Part shown: piece after piece, positions 1 through 10,027 of the stretch
Layout of the letters: the number at the start of each line of letters is the position of its first letter
Position numbering within the stretch: position 1 is the first letter of the stretch
Source of the DNA: Candidatus Lumbricidiphila sp.
GTDB lineage: Bacteria > Actinomycetota > Actinomycetes > Actinomycetales > Microbacteriaceae
Assembly (NCBI GenBank): GCA_035764905.1
Contig: DASTYN010000002.1
Span: 115,616-179,615, forward strand
Reading direction: 5' to 3'
DNA: 64,000 nucleotides
Notes under the pieces: model-generated
Seen by the model: only the letters and a program-made list of their open reading frames with translations
The model's database searches: none
Told to the model about the DNA's origin: nothing
Program-made: the position numbers and the translations under genes

Positions 1-1500
1 CGCGTTCGCGATACCGGTGCCACGAGTGGTGGTCAAGAACTCGGTGCGGAACCCGATGAGGCCGCGGCTCGGCACCACAAACTCCATGCGCACCCATCCG
101 GTGCCGTGGTTCGTCATGTGCTCCATGCGGCCCTTGCGGGTGGCGAGCAACTGGGTAATCGCACCGAGGTATTCCTCTGGTGCGTCGATCGTCAGGTGCT
201 CGTACGGCTCATGCGTCTTCCCGTCGACCTTCTTGGTCACCACCTGCGGCTTCCCGACGGTGAGCTCGAAGCCTTCGCGGCGCATCTGTTCGACGAGGAT
301 CGCGAGGGCGAGTTCACCACGGCCCTGCACCTCCCATGCGTCTGGCAGCCCGATGTCGAGCACGCGGAGCGACACGTTACCGATCAGTTCGCGATCGAGA
401 CGGTCCTTCACCATACGTGCGGTGAGCTTGTGCCCCTTCACCTTGCCGACGAGCGGTGAGGTGTTGGTACCGATCGTCATCGAGATCGCTGGCTCATCGA
501 CGGTGATCGCCGGCAACGGCCGCACGTCGTCCGGGTCTGCCAGGGTCTCACCGATGGTGATCTCTTCGATACCGGCCACCGCGATGATGTCGCCTGGGCG
601 ACCCTCCTCGGCCGGGAAACGGTCGAGTGCCCTGGTCTTCAGCAGTTCGGTGATGCGCACGTTCGAGTGCGTGCCATCGTGGCGCACCCAGGCAACGGTC
701 TGCCCCTTGCGGATCGTGCCGTTGAACACGCGCAGCAGGGCGAGACGACCGAGGAACGGCGACGCGTCAAGGTTCGTGACCCAGGCCTGCAGCGGGTGCT
801 CGTCATCGTACGTTGGCGCCGGAATGTGGTCGAGGATCGCCTTGAACAGCGGCTCGAGGTCTTCACTGTCTGGCAGTTCACCGTTGGCCGGCTTGTTCGA
901 CGAAGCGCGGCCGGCCTTGCCCGAGGCGTACACGACCGGCACGTTGAGTACCGCGTCAAGGTCAAGATCGGATGCATCGCCCGACTGCTCGAGGTCATCG
1001 TGCATGTCGCTTGCAAGCCCGAGGAGCAGGTCTTGGCTTTCGCTGACGACCTCGTCGATACGGGCATCTGGACGGTCGGTCTTGTTGACGAGCAGGATGA
1101 CGGGGTGGCCAGCTTCGAGCGCCTTGCGCAGCACAAACCGGGTCTGCGGAAGCGGGCCCTCCGAGGCATCCACCAACAAAACAACGCCATCAACCATCGA
1201 CAGGCCGCGCTCGACCTCGCCACCGAAGTCGGCGTGACCTGGGGTGTCGATCACGTTGATCGTGACGGGGCCATCGGTCGCGTGAATGCCGCTGTACTCG
1301 ATCGCAGTGTTCTTCGCGAGGATCGTGATGCCCTTTTCGCGTTCGAGCTCGTTTGAGTCCATGGCGCGCTCGTCAACGTGCGAGTGCGCGGCGAACGAGT
1401 TGGTCTGCTTGAGCATGGCGTCGACCAGCGTGGTCTTGCCGTGGTCAACGTGGGCAACAATGGCGACATTGCGCAGGTCAGAGCGGGTGGCCTTGGCCAT
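1..1500 (-). CDS. typA: Translational GTPase TypA/BipA, 5' part (runs off the left edge)
   Basis: Manual translation from ATG at 1500: [30 protein letters not shown]...[12 protein letters not shown]...[14 protein letters not shown]; G1/G3 motifs of the EF-G/TypA family. Missing from the ORF track because there is no stop codon in the window. Confidence 0.95.
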   Translation of the reverse strand, partial: MAKATRSDLRNVAIVAHVDHGKTTLVDAMLKQTNSFAAHSHVDERAMDSNELEREKGITILAKNTAIEYSGIHATDGPVTINVIDTPGHADFGGEVERGLSMVDGVVLLVDASEGPLPQTRFVLRKALEAGHPVILLVNKTDRPDARIDEVVSESQDLLLGLASDMHDDLEQSGDASDLDLDAVLNVPVVYASGKAGRASSNKPANGELPDSEDLEPLFKAILDHIPAPTYDDEHPLQAWVTNLDASPFLGRLALLRVFNGTIRKGQTVAWVRHDGTHSNVRITELLKTRALDRFPAEEGRPGDIIAVAGIEEITIGETLADPDDVRPLPAITVDEPAISMTIGTNTSPLVGKVKGHKLTARMVKDRLDRELIGNVSLRVLDIGLPDAWEVQGRGELALAILVEQMRREGFELTVGKPQVVTKKVDGKTHEPYEHLTIDAPEEYLGAITQLLATRKGRMEHMTNHGTGWVRMEFVVPSRGLIGFRTEFLTTTRGTGIANA

Positions 1501-1764
1501 GAGGCGTCCTTGGATGTCTCGGGCCGCGGGTATAACCGTCGCGGCGCGCGGAGCGATGCGCGGTGGCGCACCCAGCCAGTCTACCTGGCATCCCAGTGAC
1601 GAGAATCTGGTGGTCCGAGCGGAATTCCCGAGGCGGCTCGGAATGCCACTCCGAGGTGCAACGCCGAATTGCAGTACCGACAAAACCGCCCGGCCACTCC
1701 CGGAATTTGGGAGCGGCCAGGCAGCGATTGACCTCCGCGGCTCAACAACCGCGGGGCGCGGTGA

Positions 1765-3486
1765 CTACGCGTGCAGGTCAATACCAGCGCCCGGAATAGC
1801 CGCGAGGAGATCCCTGGTGTATTGCGTCTTCGGGTTGAGGAACAGCTCATCGACCGTTCCACCTTCCACGATCTTGCCCCTCTCCATCACGCAGACGTGA
1901 TCGGCGATGACGCGCACCACGGCAAGGTCGTGTGTGATGAACAGGTAGGTGAGACCGAGCTCCGATTGGAGGTCAGCGAGCAAGTTCAACACCTGCGCCT
2001 GCACGAGCACGTCGAGGGCCGAAACGGCTTCGTCGAGCACGACGATCTCGGGCTTCAACGCCAGTGCACGCGCAACCGCAACGCGCTGGCGTTGGCCACC
2101 AGAGAGTTCGTTCGGGTAGCGCGTTGCAACGCTCGCCGGGAGCGCCACCTGGTCGAGCACCTCAAGCACCCGCGCCTTGCGCGACGCCGCAGTACCAACC
2201 TTGTGCACCCGCAACGGCTCAGCAACGGTGTTGCCAATATTGTGCAGCGGGTCGAGCGAACCGTACGGGTCTTGGAAAACCGGCTGCATCCGACGTCGCA
2301 GGGCCAGCAATTCGCCACCGTTCAACTTGGAGATGTCGTGTCCGTCGACCAGCACTTGCCCCGAAGTCGTGTCTTCGAGTCGAAGCAGCATCTTCGCGGC
2401 CGTGGACTTGCCAGAGCCGGATTCGCCGACCAATGCGAGCGTCGAGCCCTTCGGCACCTGGAACGAAATGTTGTCCACCGCGGTGAATGGCACCCGACGA
2501 AGCCCGCCGCTGCGGATACCAAAGACCTTCGAGACGTTCTGGAACTCGATGACGGGCTTCCCCGTCGTCGGCATGGCCGCGATCGCCCGTTCGGTGACCG
2601 AGACAAGGTCCAAGCCACCCGCCGAGTCCTTCACCTCAACCGATGCCAGCGACGCCCCCGCGGCTCGAGCCGACTGGATGCGCTTCGACGCAAGGCTCGG
2701 CGCAGCAGCCACCAGTCGTTGCGTGTACGGGTGCTGCGGGTCTTGCAACAGCACCCGAGCAGGACCCGACTCAACGATGCGACCTCGGTGCATGACGATC
2801 AGGTGCTCGGCACGTTCAGCCGCGAGTCCCAAGTCGTGCGTGATGAAGATCACCGCGGTGTCACGTTCGGCGGTCAGCGTTTCCAGGTGATCGAGGATTT
2901 TCTTCTGCACCGTCACATCGAGCGCACTGGTGGGCTCGTCAGCGATCAGCAACTTCGGGTTCGACGAGAGCCCAATGCCGATCAGCACGCGCTGGCGCAT
3001 ACCGCCTGAGAATTCGTGCGGGAACTGACGAAGCCGCTTGTCAGCGTCGGCGAGTCCGGCCTCCTTCAGCGCTTCGATGGCACGTTTGCGGATGTCGTGC
3101 TTGGTGGTTGCGGCACCGTTCGCACGAATCGCCTCTTCGACCTGGAACCCGATGCGGTGCACCGGGTTCAGGCTGTTCATGGGGTCCTGCGGCACGAGGC
3201 CAATTTCGCGACCTCGGATCGCCTCGATCTCACGTCGCGACATCGTTGCGATATTGCGGTCACCGAGCAGCACCTGTCCGCCGGTGATGCTGCCGCTGCC
3301 TGGCAGCAGGTTGATAATCGCGTGCGCGATCGTCGACTTACCAGAACCCGACTCACCAACAATGGCGATCGTCTCACCGGGGTAGACATCAAAACTCACC
3401 CCGCGTACCGCGGGCACGTAGCCGTCTTGCGTCTTGAACGCGACCTCGAGATTCTTGACTTGAAGCAGTGGTTGCAGGTCGCTCAT
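1765..3486 (-). CDS. Dipeptide/oligopeptide ABC transporter ATP-binding protein with two fused ATPase domains (OppD-OppF type)
   Basis: Two Walker A motifs (GESGSGKS twice), signatures FSGGMRQR and LSGGQRQR, Walker B motifs LIADEPT and VLDEAV. Confidence 0.95.
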   Translation of the reverse strand: MSDLQPLLQVKNLEVAFKTQDGYVPAVRGVSFDVYPGETIAIVGESGSGKSTIAHAIINLLPGSGSITGGQVLLGDRNIATMSRREIEAIRGREIGLVPQDPMNSLNPVHRIGFQVEEAIRANGAATTKHDIRKRAIEALKEAGLADADKRLRQFPHEFSGGMRQRVLIGIGLSSNPKLLIADEPTSALDVTVQKKILDHLETLTAERDTAVIFITHDLGLAAERAEHLIVMHRGRIVESGPARVLLQDPQHPYTQRLVAAAPSLASKRIQSARAAGASLASVEVKDSAGGLDLVSVTERAIAAMPTTGKPVIEFQNVSKVFGIRSGGLRRVPFTAVDNISFQVPKGSTLALVGESGSGKSTAAKMLLRLEDTTSGQVLVDGHDISKLNGGELLALRRRMQPVFQDPYGSLDPLHNIGNTVAEPLRVHKVGTAASRKARVLEVLDQVALPASVATRYPNELSGGQRQRVAVARALALKPEIVVLDEAVSALDVLVQAQVLNLLADLQSELGLTYLFITHDLAVVRVIADHVCVMERGKIVEGGTVDELFLNPKTQYTRDLLAAIPGAGIDLHA

Positions 3487-4439
3487 CGAGTCGCCCTCGC
3501 TTTCGGGTCGAGCGCCTCGCGCACTGTTTCACCGAGCAGCGTGAAGCTGAGCACGGTGAGCGAGAGCGCAATCGACGGGTAAATGAGCGTCTGAGGTGCA
3601 GTGCGGAGGCTCCCCTGCGCCTGCGAAATGTCATTGCCCCATGACATGAAGATGTTGGTCGGCAACCCAACGCCAAGGAACGACAGTGTTGCCTCGGCGA
3701 CAATCGCACCGGCGAGGCCCATCGTCGAGACGATGATCACCGGAGCGATCGAGTTCGGCATGACGTGCGTAAACATCGTGCGGAACTTCCGAAGCCCAAG
3801 TGCCTCCGATGCCATCACGAAGTCGAGTTGTTTCACACGGAGCACTTCGGATCGCAGCAGGCGGGCGGTCGTCGGCCAGGCGAAGAACCCAATCGCGAGC
3901 GAGATCACCCAGATGTTTCGGTCCTTGAGGAACATCGACATGATGACCACCGCGGCAAGGATGTACGGAATCGCAAAGAACATGTCACCAATGCGCATCA
4001 ACAGCGAGTCGAGCCATCCACCGAAGTAGCCGGCCACTGCACCGAGCGCGACACCCATGATCACGACGAGCGCGGTCACGATGATGCCGACACTGAGCGA
4101 CGTGCCCGTGCCGTGCACAATGCGCGCGAACACATCGCACCCCTGCTTCGTGAATCCGAGTGGGTGCCCGGCCTCCGGGAGGCCGTTCGATCGGCTCAGG
4201 ATGCAATACCGCGGGTCTTCTGCGGTAAACACCGTCGGGAAGATCGCAACGAAGATGAGAAAGAGAATCACCACTGACGTGACCCAGAACACCCAGCGTC
4301 CGCGGAGGTCGCGCCAGGCGTCAAGCCAGAGGTTCGACTTGCGATCACTCACCCGGACCGCATCAACTGCGCCAAGGCCTGCTTCATCAGCCTCCGCCAC
4401 ATAGTGCGGAGCGACGCGTACGGGGAACTTACTTGACAT
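3483..4439 (-). CDS. Peptide ABC transporter permease, OppC/DppC type
   Basis: Hydrophobic helices; HPLGFTKQGCDVFARIVHG; EAA-loop region FVMASEALG...HVMPNSI. Confidence 0.92.
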   Translation of the reverse strand: MSSKFPVRVAPHYVAEADEAGLGAVDAVRVSDRKSNLWLDAWRDLRGRWVFWVTSVVILFLIFVAIFPTVFTAEDPRYCILSRSNGLPEAGHPLGFTKQGCDVFARIVHGTGTSLSVGIIVTALVVIMGVALGAVAGYFGGWLDSLLMRIGDMFFAIPYILAAVVIMSMFLKDRNIWVISLAIGFFAWPTTARLLRSEVLRVKQLDFVMASEALGLRKFRTMFTHVMPNSIAPVIIVSTMGLAGAIVAEATLSFLGVGLPTNIFMSWGNDISQAQGSLRTAPQTLIYPSIALSLTVLSFTLLGETVREALDPKARATR

Positions 4440-5358
4440 AGCGAATCCTTGGGTCGAGCACTCCGTAGAGGAGGTCGATGATCAGGTTGAAGAACACGTA
4501 GATGATGACGAGGATCGTCACAATCGACACGATTTCTGGGGTGTCGTGGCGGTTGATCGCCTTGAACAGCTCGTTACCGACACCGGGCACGTTGAAGATG
4601 CCCTCCGTGACGGTCGCACCAACGATCAGCACACCGAAGTCGGCTGCCAGGTTCGTGGTGACGGGGATCATCGAGTTCCGAAGAATATGCACGGGGATCA
4701 CTCGACGAGTTGGCAGTCCCTTGCCGAAGGCCATCCGAACAAAGTCGTTCTGGCTGGTTTCAATCACCGATGCCCGGGTGAGCCGTACGACATACGCCAT
4801 GTTCAACCCGGCGAGCACCACAGCAGGCATGAGCAAATCGCTCCACGGAGCCCCCGCACCCACGGTCGGCCGGAACCACTGGAGCTGAATACCAAAGAAC
4901 CACTGCGCAACGAAGGCGAACACGAAGACCGGCATCGACGTCAGCAGCAGGGTGATGACCAGGGCAGAGTGATCGAAAATGCCACCCTTGCGGAGCCCGG
5001 AGTAGAGGCCCGAGAGCACCCCGACCACCAGCTGAATCACGACGGCGAGAAGCGCGAGCCGAAGCGTGGTCGGAAAGGTTCGGGCGAGGATCTCATTGAC
5101 CGACTGCCCGGCAAACGTCGTGCCGAGATTGCCCTGGAAGAGGTCCCCGAGGTAAAGAAAGTAGCGAGTCAGGAATGGCTCACTCAGGTGCCATTTCTCT
5201 TCAAGTGCCGCGATCTGTTCGGGCCGCGGCGTGCGATCCCCGAAGAAGCGAAGGATGGGGTTGCCTGGCATCGCAAACACCATCGAAAAGATGAGCAGGG
5301 TGGAGCCTAGGAAGACCGGGATTCCCTGCAATACCCGGCGAATGATGTACCAAAACAT
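4429..5358 (-). CDS. Peptide ABC transporter permease, OppB/DppB type
   Basis: Likely start MFWYIIRR at 5358; EAA-like DFVRMAFGKGL...HILRNS; C-terminal DPRIRY. Confidence 0.92.
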   Translation of the reverse strand: MFWYIIRRVLQGIPVFLGSTLLIFSMVFAMPGNPILRFFGDRTPRPEQIAALEEKWHLSEPFLTRYFLYLGDLFQGNLGTTFAGQSVNEILARTFPTTLRLALLAVVIQLVVGVLSGLYSGLRKGGIFDHSALVITLLLTSMPVFVFAFVAQWFFGIQLQWFRPTVGAGAPWSDLLMPAVVLAGLNMAYVVRLTRASVIETSQNDFVRMAFGKGLPTRRVIPVHILRNSMIPVTTNLAADFGVLIVGATVTEGIFNVPGVGNELFKAINRHDTPEIVSIVTILVIIYVFFNLIIDLLYGVLDPRIRYVK

Positions 5359-5440
5359 AGTGTCCTCAGTCAGAGTTGCTGGGCCTGTACAAGGTTGTGG
5401 GGCGCCGAGTTCGACGCCCCACAACGTTGTGAATCGGACC

Positions 5441-7072
5441 TTACTCGGCCTTGGTCACGTTGTACAGGATCGGCCAGCTGTCCCAACCGAACTTGACGTT
5501 CTCGACCTTCTTCGAGTAACCAGCGGTCACCGCCCCGTACCAGAGCGGGATGGCAGGCATGTCCTCAAACAAGACACCCTGTGCCTCGTTGAAGATCTTG
5601 CTCTGCTCCGCCTGGGTCGAAGCTGCGAGACCCTTCTTGTAGAGCTCATCGAACTTCGGGTTCGAGTAGTCACCGTCGTTCGAGCCACCACCGGTGACGT
5701 ACAGCGCGCCGAGGATGTTGGCCTGCGACGGGAAGTCGAACTGCCATCCGGTGCGGAACGCCGACTTGATCGTGCGGTCGTTGACCTCCTTGCGGAAACC
5801 AGCGAAGTCCGGGTACGGGTAGCCGACGGCGTCAATACCGAGCGTGTTCTTGATCGAGTTGACGGTGGCGTCAACCCATTCCTGGTGCCCGCCGTCTGCG
5901 TTGTACGCGAGCTGGAACGTTCCGTCCCACGGCTTGATCTTGTTCGCCGCTTCCCAGAGTTCCTTCGCCTTTGCAGCGTCGAACTTCAGGACATCAGAAC
6001 CCTTGATCCCAGCCGGGTCGAAGCCAGCGATAACCGGCGACGTGAACTCCTGCGCAGGCTTGCGGGTGTCGTTGAAGATCACGTGAGTGAGTTCTTCACG
6101 GTTGATCGCACGCGAGATCGCCTGACGACGCAACTTGCCTTCTTCATCGTCACCGAAGTGAGGAAGGTTCTTGTTCATCGTGAACGACTGGAACACTGCG
6201 GTCGGCTGCTGAACAGCACGATCGCCGAGGTCCGACTTGAAGTTCGAGAGCGAGCCAGTTGGGACGCTGTCGATGATGTCGACGTTGTCGGCAAGCAGGT
6301 CGGCGTACGCGGCATCAAGTGACGCGTACACCACGAAGTTCAGGCCACCATTCAGCGCCTTGCGCGGACCCGAGTAGTCGGGGTTGGCGACAAGCTTCAG
6401 GCTCTCGCCATGCTTCCAGCCATCCTTCTCAAGTTTGTATGGGCCGTTACCAATCGGGGCCTTGCCGAACGCCTCGGTGTCACCAAAGAACGCGTCTGGC
6501 AGCGGGAAGAACACCGTGTAGCCAAGCGCAACCGGGAAATCGGCTCGCGGCGAAGCGAGCTCCACCGTGAACGTGGTGTCGTCAACAACCTTCAACGCCA
6601 GCGTGTTCTCGCCACCGTCGTAGGTGCCACCCTTGAACGCAATCGCGTCAATGAACCACCACTGGTTCAGGAGTTTCGGGTTCGAGGCCGCCCATTGCCA
6701 TGCCTTGACGAAGTTCTCAGCCTTGACAGGGGTGCCGTCGCTGAACTTCTGGCCAGCCTTGAGCTTGACGGTCCAGTTGATGTAGTCGGTGGACTCGATC
6801 GACTCGGCTGCGTCGTACTTCCATGATCCGTCAGCTTCGTAGTACACGAGACCGGCAAAGAGGTTGTTGAGCACCTGGCCGCCGTTCACCTCGTTGGTGT
6901 CGGCTGGGATCAGCGGGTGTTCGGGCTCGCCCCAAGCGACATTCACGATGCCCTTCGAAGCTACGGGAGCGCTGGTCACTGGCGCTTTGGCGCCACCTGA
7001 GCAGCCAGACAGCGCGAGCGCGGCGGCGGCCGCGAGCGCAACGGCGGCTACGCCGAATGTCTTGATCTTCAA
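5441..7072 (-). CDS. Peptide ABC transporter substrate-binding lipoprotein (OppA/family 5)
   Basis: TTG start at 7072 after a GAGGA RBS; lipobox LALSGC; family-5 motifs GNGPYKL and IPLWY. Confidence 0.92.
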   Translation of the reverse strand: MKIKTFGVAAVALAAAAALALSGCSGGAKAPVTSAPVASKGIVNVAWGEPEHPLIPADTNEVNGGQVLNNLFAGLVYYEADGSWKYDAAESIESTDYINWTVKLKAGQKFSDGTPVKAENFVKAWQWAASNPKLLNQWWFIDAIAFKGGTYDGGENTLALKVVDDTTFTVELASPRADFPVALGYTVFFPLPDAFFGDTEAFGKAPIGNGPYKLEKDGWKHGESLKLVANPDYSGPRKALNGGLNFVVYASLDAAYADLLADNVDIIDSVPTGSLSNFKSDLGDRAVQQPTAVFQSFTMNKNLPHFGDDEEGKLRRQAISRAINREELTHVIFNDTRKPAQEFTSPVIAGFDPAGIKGSDVLKFDAAKAKELWEAANKIKPWDGTFQLAYNADGGHQEWVDATVNSIKNTLGIDAVGYPYPDFAGFRKEVNDRTIKSAFRTGWQFDFPSQANILGALYVTGGGSNDGDYSNPKFDELYKKGLAASTQAEQSKIFNEAQGVLFEDMPAIPLWYGAVTAGYSKKVENVKFGWDSWPILYNVTKAE

Positions 7073-7277
7073 TGTTCCTCCTGTGAGATGTGCACACGTT
7101 GCACGCGCGGCTTCTGGCCGCACATACGTGCGTTGCAGGTGAGCCTATGGATTCCCCCGTAGTGGGCGCAAACATTCCTACCAAACTGTTATCGACGTGC
7201 AATCTTCGTTGTGGATTGTGTCCAAAGCGACGGGTTCAGTGCCCAAGGCCGTTGACGACTGATGAAAAGATCAGGTC

Positions 7278-8039
7278 ATGCAGCGCCGAGCCCGACTCCG
7301 AATCGAGATCATCATCGTGCTGGCACTCTCGCTCGGGGCATCCGCCGTGTACTCAATCGTGAGCATTGCCGACCGGCTCACGCGGCCCGCACCGCTCGGC
7401 CAACAGTCCGCTGCCATCAACCAACCGCAGTCCTCCAGGGAGTGGTTGGACTTTACCTACCAAGCGCTCGACCTCGCGTTTGGTTTGGCCGCGGTCGCGC
7501 TCGTGCTCTACCTGCTCTGGATGCCACGACAGGGCGCGTTCCGCAGAATCGGCCTTGACTTCACGCGGCCAGTACGCGATCTGAGCACCGGATTCGGGAT
7601 GCTGGCCGCGATCGGAATCCCGGGACTTGCGTTGTACGCAACCGGCAGGGCACTTGGATGGACCGTGGCGGTACTGCCAGCGCCACTTGACCCGCACTGG
7701 TGGACCATCCCCATGCTGATACTTGCCGCGCTGAAAGCCGCGCTCATTGAAGAGGTGATCGTGGTCGGCTACCTCTTCACACGCCTCAGAGAGCTCGGTG
7801 TTGGCTCCTGGGCAACGATCATCAGTGCCGCACTGTTACGCGGCACGTACCACCTCTACCAAGGCTTTGGCCCATTCATCGGCAACGCCCTGATGGGGGT
7901 CGCGTTCGGATGGCTCTACGCGAAGCGCGGGCGCACCATGCCGCTCGTGGTCACCCACTGGCTGCTCGACATCGCCTCATTCGTGGGCTATCCGTTGGCC
8001 GCGGCCTGGTGGCCCTCGCTATTCGCCGTTGCCGCTTAG
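7278..8039 (+). CDS. CPBP/Abi (CAAX) family intramembrane glutamic endopeptidase
   Basis: Multi-TM protein with EEVIVVG, RGTYHLYQG and HWLLD motifs. Confidence 0.85.
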   Translation: MQRRARLRIEIIIVLALSLGASAVYSIVSIADRLTRPAPLGQQSAAINQPQSSREWLDFTYQALDLAFGLAAVALVLYLLWMPRQGAFRRIGLDFTRPVRDLSTGFGMLAAIGIPGLALYATGRALGWTVAVLPAPLDPHWWTIPMLILAALKAALIEEVIVVGYLFTRLRELGVGSWATIISAALLRGTYHLYQGFGPFIGNALMGVAFGWLYAKRGRTMPLVVTHWLLDIASFVGYPLAAAWWPSLFAVAA

Positions 8040-9916
8040 GTACGAGCTTCGTCAGCCGAAATCGTAATCACGCGACCCTGCGGCAGACGGAAGAAGTCTG
8101 ATGCGTCGCCTGAGTTGCGGTGCAGCGTCGCGAAGATCAGGTCTTCAGCCCGGTTCATCTCGCCGCGCGGCGGGTTCACATTCTTCCGCGAGGTGAGGAA
8201 GTAGGTGGCCTCCTGTTCACTGACATGCGGGGCGACCGCCGGGTGCCGCAGTGCCTGCGGAATGTTCGAGGTCTCCATGAAGCCGGTGCGGATTCGCACG
8301 AATGTGAGCCAGTCGCGCTCGAGGAACACCTCTGGCGGGTCCGTGTGGTACGGCTCACCAGTCGTGATCACGTTCACCACGACGACCTTTTTCGGAATCG
8401 AGCGCAGCACCTTCATCTGAACCTCAAGCGACTGGGGCACGATGTGGCTTGCCGCCGCGAGGTACACGCCGGTGTTGCGAGTGATCGACATGCCCTTCTG
8501 CGTGCGCATCTCTTCAACTTCGTCCCAGTGCATCGACTCTTGTTCGATGTGGTCCTGGAGCAGGGAACGGCCCTTGCGCCAAATCCACATCATCGACGCT
8601 GCAACGAACCCGATCACCAGCGGCAGCCAGGCGCCGTGCAACAACTTCGTTGACGTCGACGTGACGAATGCGATGTCGAACAGCAAGAACACCGACAGCA
8701 GCGGGATGTAGACCCACGGCTTCCACTTCAGATACGAGCGAGCCACCCAGAACATGACCACCGTAGTGATCAGCATGGTGCCGGCAATCGCGAATGCGTA
8801 CGCGCCACTCAGCGCCACCGAAGACTGGAATGTCACGACCAGGATGATCGCGCCAAGCCCGATGAGCGTATTGATAAGCGGAACGTAGATCTGACCACGC
8901 TCGGTGGTGCTGGTGTGCACGACCTTCATGCGCGGCAGCAGCCCGAGTTCGATGGCCTGCGAGGCAAGTGACGCGACACCCGAGATCAGCGCCTGCGAGG
9001 CAATCACGGTGGCGATCGTAGCGATTGCCACCAGGTAGATACGAAGGGGGCCCTCAGGCGCCTGCGAAAAGAACGAGGTCGCGTAGTTGTCAGGCTCGGC
9101 AAGTACCAGCGCAGACTGACCGAGGTAGCTCAGCGTCAGAGCGATGCCAACGAGGCCGAACCATCCGATTCGAATCGGCACGCGACCGAAGTGACCAAGG
9201 TCGGCGTAAAGCCCCTCGACACCGGTCACCGCGAGGATCACCGAGGCCATGATGACCAGGATGCCCCAGCCGTGGTGTGCGATGTACTCGATGGCGTAGG
9301 TCGGGCTGAGCGCGCCGAGGGCAGCAGGTTCGCGAATCACCCAGGCGAGGCCGAATCCCGCCAGCGTGAAAAACCACAGCACCATCGCTGGGCCAAACAG
9401 CTTGCCCATGAACGCGGTACCGCGCGACTGCATCGCAAACAGCACCACCAAGATCACGACGGTGATCGGCACCACCCAGGCGGTGAACACCGGGTTGATG
9501 AGCGAAAGTCCCTCAACTGCCGACACCACCGAAATGGCTGGCGTCAACAGGCCATCTGCAAAGAGGAACGCGGCGCCAAGGAGCACCACAAAGACCAGGA
9601 ACGAATAGCTGCTCTTCTTACGCGCCTTGCGAATTTCTTTCGGCAGCAAGGCGAAGAGCGCCAAGATGCCACCCTCACCGTGGTTGTCGGCGCGAAGCAC
9701 GACGAGCAGATACTTGATGCTCACGACAATCATGAGCGACCAGAACACGAGCGACGTTACGCCGAGCACGTCGTCTTTGGCGGTGCCGGATGCCCCGACC
9801 GACGAAGACAACGCATACAGCGGGCTCGTACCAATGTCGCCATAGACGACTCCCAGTGCGCCGAGTGAGAGGGCGAGGTTTCGCCGCGCCCCACGTTTAC
9901 CGGTTGTCGTTGTCAC
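8036..9916 (-). CDS. kup: KUP/HAK/KT potassium transporter
   Basis: LGVVYGDIGTSPLY, ADNHGEGG and EGLYADLGHFG signatures. Confidence 0.95.
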   Translation of the reverse strand: MTTTTGKRGARRNLALSLGALGVVYGDIGTSPLYALSSSVGASGTAKDDVLGVTSLVFWSLMIVVSIKYLLVVLRADNHGEGGILALFALLPKEIRKARKKSSYSFLVFVVLLGAAFLFADGLLTPAISVVSAVEGLSLINPVFTAWVVPITVVILVVLFAMQSRGTAFMGKLFGPAMVLWFFTLAGFGLAWVIREPAALGALSPTYAIEYIAHHGWGILVIMASVILAVTGVEGLYADLGHFGRVPIRIGWFGLVGIALTLSYLGQSALVLAEPDNYATSFFSQAPEGPLRIYLVAIATIATVIASQALISGVASLASQAIELGLLPRMKVVHTSTTERGQIYVPLINTLIGLGAIILVVTFQSSVALSGAYAFAIAGTMLITTVVMFWVARSYLKWKPWVYIPLLSVFLLFDIAFVTSTSTKLLHGAWLPLVIGFVAASMMWIWRKGRSLLQDHIEQESMHWDEVEEMRTQKGMSITRNTGVYLAAASHIVPQSLEVQMKVLRSIPKKVVVVNVITTGEPYHTDPPEVFLERDWLTFVRIRTGFMETSNIPQALRHPAVAPHVSEQEATYFLTSRKNVNPPRGEMNRAEDLIFATLHRNSGDASDFFRLPQGRVITISADEART

Positions 9917-9981
9917 CTTCGTGCTCCTTCAGTTGTCCAAACCTGCGCAACCTGCGCGCCGGACACAATCGGGAATGCTAC

Positions 9982-10019
9982 TCCTCTCGGGTGCTCGCAG
10001 TCGCACCCACCCGAGAGGA
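9982..10019. terminator. Stem-loop just downstream of gcvP
   Basis: 12-bp perfect arms TCCTCTCGGGTG (9982-9993) and CACCCGAGAGGA (10008-10019). Confidence 0.65.
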
Positions 10020-10027
10020 TCGCTCAG

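Noticed and set aside
17-1237. 406-aa plus-strand ORF at the window start
   Set aside because: Antisense shadow of typA.
9917-10027. c-di-AMP (ydaO) riboswitch upstream of kup
   Set aside because: The space is too short and lacks the consensus; the main hairpin is better explained as the gcvP terminator.
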